Source of the DNA: the human T2T-CHM13v2.0 reference genome, Homo sapiens
Strand: one strand, 5' to 3'
DNA: 64,000 bases
Assembly: GCF_009914755.1 (NCBI RefSeq)
Contig: NC_060945.1
The notes below the pieces were generated by a model that saw nothing but the letters and a program-made list of their open reading frames with translations, was not told the origin of the DNA and ran no database searches. The position numbers and the translations under genes are program-made. Below are positions 1 to 15,200 of this stretch, piece after piece. Every line of letters starts with the position of its first letter. The first letter of the stretch is position 1.

Positions 1-605
1 GTATACTAAGAAGCAAATGTGAATTACTGAAAGGCAGACAACTGTGAAAATATTTTTCTCTTATGATTGAGTTCTGTTCACATCACTGATTTATTTGTAG
101 CATAAAGATAAAGAAGAATTCAAAATCCATATCAAATGAGAATCAACTGGATCTAGTTAAGGTGAAAAACAAAAAGTATTTAATAAACAAATTGTTTCAA
201 GGACACACAAAAAAACAGGAGAAAATTCTCATGAGATTTACTTCTTTTATTCATTTTGTAAATTGAGTACTAATCTTCTTTGTATATATACCACATTCTT
301 AGAAAACAATGGTTTCATTTCAAAGTGTGGGCTTTTTTTCGTTTAAATTTGAATGTATAAAAGTTTTTAGGGCCTTATTTTCACAAAGATACTTCAGCAG
401 AGTTAAATATATGATAAATATCCAACGAATTCCTATTTTACTCAGATTTTTTGAAATGTGTAGCTTCTACATGAGGAGGTCAATATGTCAATATTATGAG
501 AAGAATTGTGATATGATTGGAGATCAACCATTTTGAGTCAAACTCCCCAACAGCTTCAATTTCTCTATTTAAGAGTGAAGATGAGAATATCATAGGTAGA
601 TCAAT

Positions 606-644
<39 letters not shown>
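606..644. repeat. (GATA)9 tetranucleotide microsatellite, followed by a short (CA)n
   Basis: Nine perfect GATA units at 606-641 read directly. Confidence 0.95.
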
Positions 645-719
645 GAGATATACACACACACACTCAAATCAATGTCAAGTACATAAGCAACTATAAAGAG
701 GCTATAACAATAACAATCA

Positions 720-775
720 AAAAATTGGCAAATATTCATTAAATGCCAGTTATGTGTCAGGCATATTATTATAAT
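720..775 (-). mobile_element. Degenerate L2 3' end fragment
   Basis: CAAATATTCATTAAATGCCAGTTATGTGTCAGGCAT resembles the antisense L2 3' terminus; highly diverged. Confidence 0.35.
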
Positions 776-2167
776 AGTCACTATTATTTTGGCATAAATT
801 AACATTTTACACAAAATAGATGTCACTTTTTAAAGGTATTATCAGTGAGAATTTCCTTTTGGAAAAGCTAGGGAGTTTATTTTTATGAGAACTCTTAAGA
901 ATATCAATTGTGTTTTAGCAAATAAATTGTTCTGGGCATCCAAATTCAAAGTAAAATGTGAAAGATTTGATAATTCATTGAATTATAATCAACAAATTAT
1001 GTCCAGAAGACATAAAGGAAGGGAAGAGCAAATTGGAAGCAGTAAGTATGGTAGTTGTTGAAGAAATAAGCAAATGCACGTTGGACTGAAATGTTAAGCA
1101 CTGATTACTGGAAACAATATGGAAGTTAATTAATTTCTTTAGAATATTGTTAAAATGATTCAGATTACAGAGGAACAGTGGGTAAATTTTAGTATTTTTT
1201 TGTTATATTTTAAGTTCTGGGAAACATGTGCAGAACGTGCATGTTTGTTACATAGATATACACGTGCCACGGTGGTTTGCTGCATCCAGCAACCTGTCAT
1301 CTACATTAGGTATTCTCCTAATGCTATCCCTCCCCTAGCCCCCGACACCAGACAGGCCCCAGTGTGTGATGTTCCCCTCCCTGTGTCCATGTGTTCTCAT
1401 TGTTCAACTCCCACTTATGAGTGAGAACATGTGGTGTTTGGTTTTCTGTTTCTGTGTTAGTTTGCTGAGAATGATGATTTACAGCTTCATCCATGTCCCT
1501 ACAAAGGACATGAACTCATCCTTTTCTGTGGCTGCATAGTATTCCATGGTGTATATGTGCCCATATTATTAATGGGCATTTGGGTTGGTTCCAAGTCTTT
1601 GCTATTGTGAATAGTGCTACAAGAAACATATGTGTGCATAAGTCTTTATAGTAGGATGATTTATAATCCTTTAGGTATCTACTCAGTAATGGGATTGCTG
1701 GGTCAAATGGTATTTCTTGTTCTAGATCCTTGATGAATCACCACACTGTCTTCCACAATGGTTGAACTAATTTACACTCCCACACACTGTGTAAAAGTCT
1801 TCCTATTTCTCCACATACTCTCCAGCATCTGTTGTTTCCTGACATTTTTAATAATCGCCATTATAACTGGCATGAGATGGTATCTCATTGTGGTTTTGAT
1901 TTGTATTTCTCTAATGACCAGTGACTCTGAGATTATTTTCATACGTTTTTTGGCCACATAAATGTCTTCTTTTGAGAAGTGTCTGTTCATATCCTCCCAC
2001 TTTTTGATGGAGTTGTTTTTTTCTTGTAAATTTGTTTAAGTTCCTTGTAGATTCTGGATAATAGCCCTTTGTCAGATGGATAGATTGCAAAAACTTTCTC
2101 CCATTCTGTAGGTTGCCTATTCACTCTGATGATAGTTTCTTTTGCCGTGCAGAAGCTCCTTAGTTTA

Positions 2168-3518
2168 GAGTTGCTGGCAAGATGGCTGAATAGGAATAGC
2201 TCCGGTCTGCAGCTTATGGCGAGATCAACACAGAAGACGGGTGATTTCTGCATTTCCAACTGTGGTACCCGGCTCATCTCTTTGGGACTGGTTAGACAGT
2301 GAGTGCAGCCCACAGAGGGTGAGCCAAAGCAGGGTGGGGCATCACCTCACCCTCCAGGAAGTACAAGAGGTTGGGGAACTCCCTCCCTTAGCCAAAGGAA
2401 GCCATGAAGTACTGTGCCCTGAGGAACCGTGCGCTCCAGCCCAGATACTATGTTCTTCCCACGGCCTTCACAACCCACAGACCAGGAGATTCCCTCGGGT
2501 GCCTACACCACCAGGGCCATGGGTTTCAAGCACAAACTGGGTGGCCATTTGGACAGAAACTGAGCTAGGTGCAGGAGTTTTTTTTGTTTTGTTTTTTTTC
2601 ATACCCCAGTGGCACCTGGAACGCTAACAAGATAGAACCGTTCACTTCCCTGGGAAGAGGGCTGAAGCTTCACCAGAGAGCCAACTGGTCTAGCTCAGCA
2701 AATCCCACCTCCACAGAGCCCAGCAAGCTAAGACCCACTGGCTTGAAATTCTCGCTGCCAGAACAGCAGTCAGAAGTTGACCTGGAATGCTCCAGCTTGG
2801 TGGGAAGAGGGGTGTCCGCCATTACTGAGGCTTGAATAGGTGGCTTTTCTCTCACAGTGTAAACAAAACCACTGGGAAGTTCAAACTGGGCAGAGCTCAC
2901 CACAGCTCAGCAAAACCAATGTAGCCAGACTGCCTCTCTAGATTCCTCCTCTCTGAGCAGGGCATCTCTGAAAGAAAGGCAGCAGCCCTAATCAGGGGCT
3001 TATAGATAAGACTCCCATTTCCCTGGGACAGAGCACCTGGGGGAAGGGACAGCTGTGGGCACAGCTTCAGCAGACTTAAACATTTCTGCCTGCTGGCTCT
3101 GAAGACAGCAGCGGATCTCCCAGTATAGTGCTGAAGCTCTGCTAAGGGACAGACTGCCTCCTCAAGTAGGTCCCTGTCTCCTGACTGGGAGACATCTCCC
3201 AGAAGTGGTTGACAGATATCTCATACAGAAAAGCTCCAGCTGGCATTTGGTGGGTTCCCCTCTGGGACGAAGCTTCCAGAGGAAGGAACAGGCAGCAATC
3301 TTTGCTCTTCTGCAGCCTCTGCTGGTGATACCCAAGCAAACAGGATCTGGAGTGGACCTCCAGCAAACTCCAGCAGACCTGCAGCAGAGGGCCATGACTG
3401 TTAGAAGGAAAACTAACAAACAGAAAGGAATAGCATCAATGTCAACAAAAAGGATGTCCACACAGAAATCCCATTTGAAGGCAACCAACATCAAAGACCG
3501 AAGGTAGATAAATCCACG
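2168..3518 (+). promoter_or_regulatory. L1PA7 5'UTR (internal sense promoter and antisense promoter), CpG-decayed
   Basis: Starts with the YY1-type motif CAAGATGGC (2178-2186) and continues through L1 5'UTR sequence to the ORF1 ATG; about 1.35 kb long. Confidence 0.85.
2670..2822 (-). CDS. L1 ORF0-like antisense ORF (50 aa, MADTPLPTKLEHSRSTSDCCSGS...)
   Basis: Antisense in the 5'UTR and aligns by eye with the L1HS ORF0 N-terminus (MAGAPPPASLPPCSLISDCCAS, SVGVGPSE). ATG context GTAATGG. No evidence of expression. Confidence 0.5.
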   Translation of the reverse strand: MADTPLPTKLEHSRSTSDCCSGSENFKPVGLSLLGSVEVGFAELDQLALW

Positions 3519-4545
3519 ATGATGAGGAAAAACCTGCACAAAAAGGCTGAAAATTCCGAAAACCAGAACACCTTATCTCCTCCAAAGGATCACAACTCCT
3601 CGCCAGCAAGGGAACAAAACTGGACAGAGAATGAGTTTGATGAATTGACACAAGTAGGCTTCAGAAGGTGGGTAATAACAAACTCCTCTGAGCTAAAGAA
3701 GTGTGTTCTAACCCAATGCAAGGAGGCTAGGAAACTTGAAAAAAAGTTAGAGGAATTGCTAACTAGAAAAACCCATTTAGAGAAGAACATAAATGACATG
3801 ATGGAGCTGAAAAACACAGCACGAGAACTTCGTGAAGCATACATGAATATCAATAGCCAAATCGATCAAGCGGAAGAAAGGATATCACAGATTGAAGAGC
3901 AACTTAATGAAATAAAGCATGAAGACAATGATAGAGAAAAAAGAATGAAAAGGAATGAACAAAGCCTCCAAGAAATATGGGACTACATGAAAAGATCAAC
4001 CTTATGTTTGATTGGTGTACCTGAAAGTGAGGGGGAGAATGGAACCAAGTAGGAAAACACTGTTAGGATATTATCCAGGAGAACTTGCCCAGCCTAGCAA
4101 GACAGGCCAACATTCAGATTCGGGAAATATAGAGAACACCACAAAGATACTCCTCAAGAAGAGCAACCCCAAGACACACAATCGTCAGATTCACCAAGGT
4201 TGAAGTGAAGGAAAAAATGTTAAGAGCAGTCAGAGAGAAAGGTCGGGTTACCCACAAAGGGAAGCCCATCAGACTAACACTGGATCTCTCTGCAGAAACC
4301 CTACAGCCAGAAGAGAGTGGGGGCCAATATTCAACATTCTTAAAGAAAAGAATTTTCAACCCAGAATTTCATATCCAGCCAAACTAAGCTTCATAAGTGA
4401 AGAAGAAATAAAATCCTTTACAGACAAGCAAATGCTGAGCAATTTTGTTTCCACCAAGCCTGCTTTACAAGAGCTCCTGAAGGAAGCACTAAATATGGAA
4501 AGGAAAAATGGGTACCAGCTACAGCAAAAACATACCAAATTGTAA
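3519..4545 (+). pseudogene. L1 ORF1 (disrupted)
   Basis: ORF track 3519-4052 gives the ORF1p coiled-coil and IWDY motif, with a premature TAG at 4050-4052. The downstream fragment contains REKGRVTHKGKPIRLT. Normal stop TAA at 4543-4545. Confidence 0.92.
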
Positions 4546-4608
4546 AGACCATCGACACGATGAAGAAACTGCATCAACTAATGGGCAAAATAACCAGCTA
4601 GCATCATA

Positions 4609-6584
<1,976 letters not shown>

Positions 6585-6937
6585 TTTCAGTATTTTTGAA
6601 GGCATTTCACACAATAGCAATGTTAATATATGTGCAAATTTAACAATAATAAGTTAGTAAGGTACAACCACATGTATAGAATTTTGGCATAGAAGATTGG
6701 GAATTACCATTGCTAAAATAAAGTATAGCTAAGAGTATAATGTAAATTACAAACAACTTTCTTCACTACAGTATAAGTTAAGCTTAATGGTGGAACAAAT
6801 TTTAAATAGTATCTTTAAGAACTTTAATAAAACAACAAATAATACATAAAATACATTAAAATTTACATGTTATATATTTTGAACTAGTTTAGTGAAAATA
6901 TATAAACAAATCACTGGTATACTGTGATGTGTGCATA

Positions 6938-6940
<3 letters not shown>

Positions 6941-6968
<28 letters not shown>
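6941..6968. repeat. (GT)14 microsatellite
   Basis: Read directly. Confidence 0.95.
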
Positions 6969-6970
<2 letters not shown>

Positions 6971-7675
6971 GCCTTCTTGTATATCCATCATTAAATGTTA
7001 ACAAATATTTTGTCTAATCCACATATTTTGACAAGATAGCATAACATAATAATATGATATTTTATCCATATAAAGTTTCAGTTTCTGAAATACAGATGAA
7101 AACTACTATCTTGATGTAAATTTGAGTAGAAATTCCTCCATATTGAGCTCTTGGAAGGCTTCCTTCTGTGGTTATAATCAATCAATGAAGAACATTCCCC
7201 AACTGGAGTGCACATAACTGAGATCTCTACATGTGTAATGAAATAACAACCAAATGTACATTTGTGATTCTCTATACAAGTGTATATTCATCACCGTAAG
7301 TGTTACACTTTAATACCCATTGTGTGATTTTCAAGACTGACTTCTGAGAAGACGATAAAAAAAGAAATTGCTCTAATAGAACATTTATTCTGGAACAAAG
7401 TAAGGGTTATTGGTTTTTTGCTTCTTTTTCATTCATATTCTGCAGCCTTTACCAAGTCACCTCTACTTTTCCCAAGCCTCTTGTTTTTCTGTGAGGTCCT
7501 CTTTATGGCGAGTAGTCTAGCCATAGAAGGCTAGTCGAATGTCTAGCATGGCATTTGCGATGTCACAGGTTTCCTTTCTCCTCTGAAGAATCTAATGAAA
7601 GGGCAAGTCGTTCTTTAGTACAAACATTTCTAATCTATTTAATTATAATAATAAAGTGAATCATAGTGGAATAAG

Positions 7676-8433
7676 TGAGAGACAGGACTAGTTGGATTTC
7701 CTAGGCTGACTAAGAATTCATAAGCCTAGCTGGGGAAGGTGACCACACCTACCTTTAAACATGGGGCTTGTAACTCAGCTCACACCTGACCAATCAAGTA
7801 GTAAAGAGGACTCAGTAAAATACAAATTAGGCTAAAAGCAGGAGGTAAAGAAATAGTCAAATCATCTATCAGCTGAGAGCACAGGGGGAGCAACAATGAT
7901 GGGGATATAAACCCAGGCATTTGAGCAGGGAGCGGCAACCCGCTTTGGATCCCCTCCAATCGCATGGGAGCTCTGTTTTCACTCTATTAAATCTTGCAAC
8001 TGTACACTCTTCTGGTCAGTGTTTTTTACAGCTCTAGCTGAGCTTCTGCTTGCAGTCCACCACTGCTGATGGTTGTCATCGCAGACCCGCGGCTGATGTC
8101 CACCACTCCAGATCCGGCAGGGTGTCCTCTGTGCTCCTGATCCAGCGAGGCGCCCATTGCCACTCCCAACCAGGCTAAAGGCTTGCCATTGTTGCTGCAC
8201 AGCTAAGTGCCCGGGCTCGTCCTCCTCGAGCTGAACACTGGTTGCTGGGTTCCACGGTTCTCTTCTGTGACCCATGGCTTCTAATAGAGCTATAACACTG
8301 CATGGCCCAAGATTCCATTCCTTGGAATCCGTGAGGCCAAGAACCCCAGGTCAGAGAACAAAAGACTTGCTGCCATCTTGGGAGCAGCCTGCCCCATCTT
8401 AGGAGCCCTAAGAACAAAGATCGTCCAGTAACA
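7676..8433 (+). mobile_element. Solo LTR17 (HERV-W LTR)
   Basis: Begins TGAGAGACAGGACTAG and ends GTAACA; 4-bp TSD TAAG (7672-7675 / 8434-8437). CCAAT 7790-7794, TATAAA 7906-7911, poly(A) signal ATTAAA 7986-7991. Confidence 0.93.
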
Positions 8434-9299
8434 TAAGCACTTTTAATTCACCCATAGCTTTTATTATAAAATATTTAATAACATAATAACTTTGTATCAA
8501 CTTAAAAAGTGCAGTGCTATACAATTTAGAAATAAACTTTAGTTTCTCGGTTTACTTAACAGTTCACTCTTTTTAACTTAAAATATCCTCTAAAATCTCT
8601 ATGATTCAGAGATGCTGAGTATTATATTTCAGCTGGAAAGAATTTAAAACTATTTATGAAAATCTATTTAAATAAATTTAGTAAGTTCAATTGCCAAAAT
8701 GAAGAAGGTTGCAAAATAAACAGCTTAGATGCTTATTCTATGAATAATTTTAGCTTTGTCTTCAAGGGCTATGTTTTAAACATCGTTTTGTGGATACTCA
8801 GCAATCCGTTTTGATTTAGTCATTTATTGGTGATTACCTCTTGATTCATCAAAGTAGAAATCCTGGTTGGTTCTGGAGTGCTTCATTTATGCAAAATTTG
8901 GTTAAGTCAAAAAGGACCATTCTTGCAGCGTGGTTACCATCAACCTTATTAGCCTCATATGTTTAGGAAAATTACCTGTTTCATGGCTAAAATTTTTGCA
9001 AATTATTACACCCATGTGAAATCATATGAAATATACAGTGGTATGTGTGGGGATACAGGGAGACTTATCTGGATCATGGTGACCAACATATAAATATTAG
9101 CTATTTCAGTGAGCCTCCACAGATTCAACAGATGTATTTTAACAAGTTGTACTGACATTAGTATTATATATAACATTATATGTAATATATAATGATATAT
9201 ATGATGTCATACATCTAACCAAATAAAACAAAGTAATTATAAATAGAGATAGAGAGAGGGAATGTACTCAAAATAGAATGAAAAGTAGGTGTAGAAAAA

Positions 9300-9920
9300 A
9301 ATCAATGAAATCAGAAATCTCCATTTGGCAATCATGTTAGTAATAATTAACTCAAACATCTATGGATGTTATCACTAGTATACAAAAGTTGGATGAACAT
9401 TGAAATACTTGCATAGTTTTAAAGTACTTCCCTCCAGAATTCTTATCAATTATAAAGAGGGCAAGAGTAACATCACAGCAGAGATAGCTAGCACACTAGT
9501 ATAACTGAGTGATCAAAGTCAATATTCCCAGAGATGTGATAGATTGACAGGCAATGATAAAAACACAGAATTACTTCTGTGATATTCCTGCCAAAAATGC
9601 GTAACATGAATCTCATCAGGAAAAAACATCAGATAAACCCAAATCGAGGAATATTTTACAAAATAACTGGCTTATAGTCTTCAAAAATATAAGGTCATAA
9701 GAATCGAAGAAGCATTGAGGAATTATTTCCTCAATGCTAAAGAGACATGATGATCAATGCAAGGAGTGATCCAGGATTAGATTTATTTTAGGATATTATT
9801 GGGACATTTGGCAAATTTGAATGGGATGTCTTGGCAAGGAGTTTTGTGGGACTACTTTGTACTGTGCTTGTAATTTCTCATAAAGTTTGAAATTATATCA
9901 ACACACACAAAAAATTGAAC
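9300..9920 (+). mobile_element. Old L1M 3' end (L1MC4/5-like)
   Basis: GTGATATTCCTGCCAAAAATGC...CATCAGATAAACCCAAATCGAGG...AAATAACTGGC matches the L1MC 3'UTR; boundaries approximate. Confidence 0.7.
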
Positions 9921-10449
9921 TGATACTATTATTAATATGCCAAGTGACTCCTAGCCTATTGGAGGATATACAAATAAAATAAAATTGTGATAAAAATTTG
10001 GGACTGAGGGTTATTTATTGTTCAATCCTGTGTTAGGCATATTTCTTTTCTTACTTAAAGTAAGTGTTCCAATTTCTTGACTGAAACACAGATACACTAA
10101 TTGGGGAGAGTTAGAATTGTTCTGTGATTAACCACAGTGCTGACAGTCCAAAGGAAAATGTATTAAATTCATTTCTGCCAGATTTTTTAATGAATTACTC
10201 ATCTGCATCACAATGCTATCCAATTGTATGTCTATTGCACATGAAATATATTTGATTATCTTTTATTTAAAATTATTAGATTCCACCATATTTAGCCATA
10301 TAACTATGATGACATTTTCTAGCATTTTACTGTTTCACATTTGAAGCAGTCTAAGTAAGATAATATGATTCATAGTATCATTGTTCTGATTATGATGTTG
10401 AGACAAGAGATTTTCTAACACAAACTTAAAATCACCTCTTGTCACAAAT

Positions 10450-10497
10450 ATTACTTTAAATGTGAAAAACTGCAATTACTTTTGCACTAACCTAATA
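10450..10497. mobile_element. MADE1 (Hsmar1-derived MITE), one-sided fragment
   Basis: AAAAACTGCAATTACTTTTGCACTAACCTAA followed by TA is the Hsmar1 TIR plus TA target; the opposite TIR is absent. Confidence 0.85.
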
Positions 10498-11239
10498 TAA
10501 ATGACCTTACATCACATGTCCAGCAGTTTATTACTTATCAACTTTAAAATAATTGTGAAATTGTAAATGATTGCCATATTGCTTTTTTTATAGACTGTCT
10601 CAGGTATAGAGAGATATATAACAATTTGAAAAGACCCAATGAAATGTAAGTGTGTTTATTGTACAATAAGCTTTACCCCATGAAATTTTACTCAGATCAC
10701 AATGAAATGTATTTTATTCACCATTTCAGGAAAAGAAATCACCAGTAAACCTTCTGAATGTTATGTTTATTCAAGTTCATTATGGTTGAAAAGAAAATAG
10801 GTTTCCTTTGTAGTTGCATTTTTTCAATTTCAGTAAAACAAAATGAGATTATATTAGTTGTATGAAAACACCTGAGTTCATGTATACAAATCTTGTTTTC
10901 AAGATTAAGTATAAGTGAAAAGTTATTTAAAGAATATTATTATCTTTTGCACTCTACCAGGAATGGTGAAGAAAGGGATACATAGAAATTTATTTTTAGA
11001 ATCTGTGCTGCACAATTCTTGTTAAAGCCTAAGATTTACATTTGGAGAAAGAAATCTCATAATCACAAATTCTAGCCATCCCTTGTATTACTTTTTATAA
11101 ATTATAGTAAACAGATGTGAGGTATTTATTTAGAGAATGTTTCAGATATTGATAATGACAAATTTGGTGTACTTTTCTAAAATTTCAAATATAGTTGTAA
11201 TAATGGACTTTTATGATAGATGCAATGCTATAATTTGAT

Positions 11240-11665
11240 TGGACTGTTTCATTTTTCCCCCTGGCACATAAAAGACTCCATTTTGTTAGTCCCCTATCAG
11301 CTGGCTGGGACCACGTGGCAAGTAGAATATGGGCGGAAGTTATATAGTGCACTTCCAGTTCTGGCACTATGATATCATACACATTCTTCTTATACTTATT
11401 TTTTAGTAGCAGGAGGCAAAAGACTCAGTGGAGGATGGCAAGAGCCAAAGTGGTCCCAGAACCAATACATGGAAAGTATCTCCTTCCCTATTCACCCCTT
11501 GAAGGATGAATCAGAATGTCCTGGATGTCCTGGATGGATAGAGATGTCCTGTAGATTGTCTGACCAAGAACATCCACATTGCACTTTGCATGAGTGAGAA
11601 ATAAACTTTAATGATGTTAATCCATTGTGATTTGGGATTGTTATAGCAGCTCATGTCTGTCTAAA
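11240..11665 (+). mobile_element. MLT1-family MaLR LTR (MLT1I/J-like)
   Basis: GAATATGGGCGGAAGT...CACTTCCAG and 3' end TGAGTGAGAAATAAACTTT...GTTAATCCATTGTGATTTGGGATTGTTATAGCAGC. Confidence 0.7.
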
Positions 11666-12144
11666 GCAGCTTTCTACTTTAATCATGAGGTTACCTGGAA
11701 ACAAATGGGGTATGTTTGTACAAAAGTACGTCATAGTGTATAAATTTCTCATTAATTGTCAAGCATAGAGTAACTGCATTTTCCCTCCCATTTTTGCAGG
11801 TATTTTGTAAGGATGATATACATTAAAAGCAAAGTATTCTGATGTTGATTTATTTCTAAAAGGAACTTGAATCAACACAGATTTGGCCAAGGTTTCTAAC
11901 CATCTATATCTATAGTAGCATGCCACCAATGCATATAAGACATTTAACCCTAGGGACAAGACATTATCTGAGATCCAAATTATGAAAATATTAGGTCTAA
12001 TGTGCCAAATATTATCTTTAGATATTAATACCCACATAAATTATATAAAGTTTAATCTGTAGAGGTTGATGGTTGACAAGTTCCTCACACACTGATCCTT
12101 CAGAGAGCAATTTAAGGTCTCTTACCACACTAACAGAATACACA

Positions 12145-12285
12145 ACTAATATTTACATAGTGCTGGGCAGTACAGAGAACATTTTCCATAGATTATCCAG
12201 TTTACTCCTCACAGCCGACCTAGAAACTGAGAATTCCGATCAGTTCTATTTTACAGGTTAAGAAACACAGCCAAGTGGTAGTTAT
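12145..12285 (-). mobile_element. MIR
   Basis: AATATTTACATAGTGCT...CCTCACAGCCGACC...ATTTTACAGGTTAAGAAAC core in antisense. Confidence 0.6.
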
Positions 12286-15200
12286 TCTGAGACAGCCTTG
12301 TAAGGAACAGCTTTACTTTATTCATCAAAGTAGCTTCAATACTTATTCCAGTGTCTGTTAAATGGTAAACACCAGAAAGAAATTCTCCAAAGAGCTAAAT
12401 AAGCAAAGAACTAAATAAACAAGGATATCTTTCATGTCCTCTGATCCTACACCCATTCTGTGTGCCCATAACTCCCCTAGTATTTTAGTTGTATATCTTT
12501 CCTGGGGCTCTTACTGTACTTTTTTCTTGCATCTCCAAGAAATGTAGACTATATGCCCTATAATGACTCAATGAATAACTTAATTCTCCTCCTAAATTGA
12601 GGAAACTGGAACTCAAATGAACTCTTGGAACTTGTTCTAATTTTGTACTGGAGCAACCACAAACTGACAGATAAAGTATGCCAGTGCTTAGCAAACCTCA
12701 CTACTCAATTTCAACCTTATGAATATTTTCCAATAGTAAGAGATGAAAGTAAGAAAAATTAAAAACATATCTCAATTTCCAACTCTAAAAATTAATGTTC
12801 ACTCCTATCCAATCTAAAAATGTTGCCTCAGCCTGGCTAGGAAAAACGGTGATCTCAGTAGAACCTTCAAGATTAAAAGAACACTGTACTGTCTGAGTTA
12901 ATCAATAACGTTCTAAGGAGAAACTTTCTTAGTTATTCACTGTTATCTAAGCAGAATTCCTCATCCCATTAATGTTTTAAGAATGGGATTTGAGGTTTAT
13001 AAGTAAAGGTTATAATTTAAACGCAGCTTTTTAATACATTTAACATTTAGTGGCTTCCTATGCTTAAATATAGGGGAAAAACTGTAGAATGCATTACTTT
13101 TCCAGCTTTACTTATTTAGGGGAAAAGAAGAGAAGGGATGCATCTTCAGCAATTGGGGGACATCAAAATAATTGACATTGATGGTAAATCTAGTAGCTTT
13201 AATTGTAGACTGACACATAGGGAATTGTTTCTTTCAGATCAAAAATTCAATTTCTTCTGACACATCAAAGTTATTAATTTATGTTCAATTTAGTTTGAAG
13301 TCTAGCTTTAGTTTTGTATTGGGGTCTTTTTAAAATTTACAATTTATGAAAGGTCTGTAGCCCTATTCTCATCCAGTTAATTCAACAGGAGCTACTTATG
13401 TTGTCTTATTTTCCATGCATTAAAGATGGATGGGGATCTACCCCCTACCTAAATGTTAAACTGCACCAGAAGGTGATGTGTACAATTCAAATGAAAAGAA
13501 ACTCCATTGTCAGTTTGTTTCTATGTGACTGGAAGATAAGGTAGAAAGAACTTAAAATTCATTTGTATTTTGAGAATTTTACAAGAGTGGCTAATTTAAC
13601 TCTCAAGATAACATCATATGAAATACATACTGGTTCTCTCTCTCTTTCTCACCATCTCCCTTGCCCCATTTTAGTGTAAGTTTAGGAAAGTGAAACTTTA
13701 AAACTTTAATTATGTCAATAATTACTCAGAGCTTTGTCTGCCTGATTCCAAAGTCACTAGTTTATTTTTTTATATAAGAAAATAAGGAGTTTCATCAATT
13801 AGATCCCTGCACTGGGGGGCTCCTTCTTATAGGATGACACTGAGGAAAATAGCACAACCTGCTTTGAGAGAATAACTCCTCCTAAATATAACTGATTAAT
13901 CCTTCTCTTTTGAAGACCAAAAAAGGGATTAAATCAAGATTCAATAGAGAATTCCGATAACTATTTGCATCTTTTACTTGTCCAATCTTTGATAGTATGC
14001 TTTTATCTGTTATTCTGGATGTAAAACATATCATTAAATTGTACTTACATAAAACACGAATTGTGACCTAAACTTCAACTAAACTTTGTCTCCCATCATC
14101 TCTTTAAACAGCATTTGGTGAATATAATCTGACTTGCTCCTTCATGGAAACTCCTATAGATTGATTGGCCTTTCTGCTCTCTTATAGGAAATAAACAAAT
14201 GTATGATTCTCATTGTCTCAAGAAGTCTGATTTAAGGACATTAAATGTTCAGTCCAAGATGTGAATCAATACTATGAATCTTATTTAATATAAAATCTTC
14301 CTCCCTTTTAAGATAAGAACTTGATTGAATTTGAAAGACTGCTGCATAAGACAAGAAGATTTAAGGGTCAGACTGTTGGGTTCAGTGACTTGCATTTTTA
14401 CTTTCCTTTTTGTTCACTCCCTCCCCCAAATTAACTAGCTAGTATATCTGTGCACCAGTGTTGGTTGAGTGGGACCAGCTACAGGTAAGGGGACAGGCAA
14501 CCTTTTATTTGATTGGGTCTCACTATGACTTGGCTGCACTCTCACAGAATCTGGCAAACGTTTCTTTAGAAATCTCCTTCTTAGGCTTCTCTCTCCTGCA
14601 GTTATCTCACTTTGAATGGAAATATCTCTGCATCTTTAATAAAAGTGGTTACATACAACACTCCTTAGCCCTAGGCACCTGGTAGCCCCCTGCAGTTTCT
14701 TTTTGTTGAGATTTCCCACCTATCTAGGCAGCCTTGTTGGACAGGACAGGAGGTAACTGCTCCCCAGATTACTCTCCCCTACATGGCATGTGTCTGAATC
14801 ATGAGAAAAACACACCTTTTGTCTCACCACTCTGGAGTATCAGGGCAGTCCAGGGTACTCCAGGGTACTAAGACTCTCTTGGCCCTGCCCTGCTAGAAAT
14901 CCACAGACCAGAATGATCCCAAATGCAGATGGAGCCGCTGAAGCTCTAGAGAATACCGCTGCCCTTTAACTGAAAGGGGGAGTATCATTCCCTTCTCCTT
15001 CCTGGGAGACGAGATGGAAATAATAGTATTCCTTTCTGCAAAATAGCCTCCCACAATCATTCAGCTTTTCTGATTTTTTAAATGTTAGTTGAAAGAGAAA
15101 GAAATGCTTAAGAGTCATGAAATAAGTTTAGATGTGTTTTTGTTGTTGTTATTGTTGTTGTTGTTAACTATGCATGTTGATTTGTCTGTTTTGGACTCTC

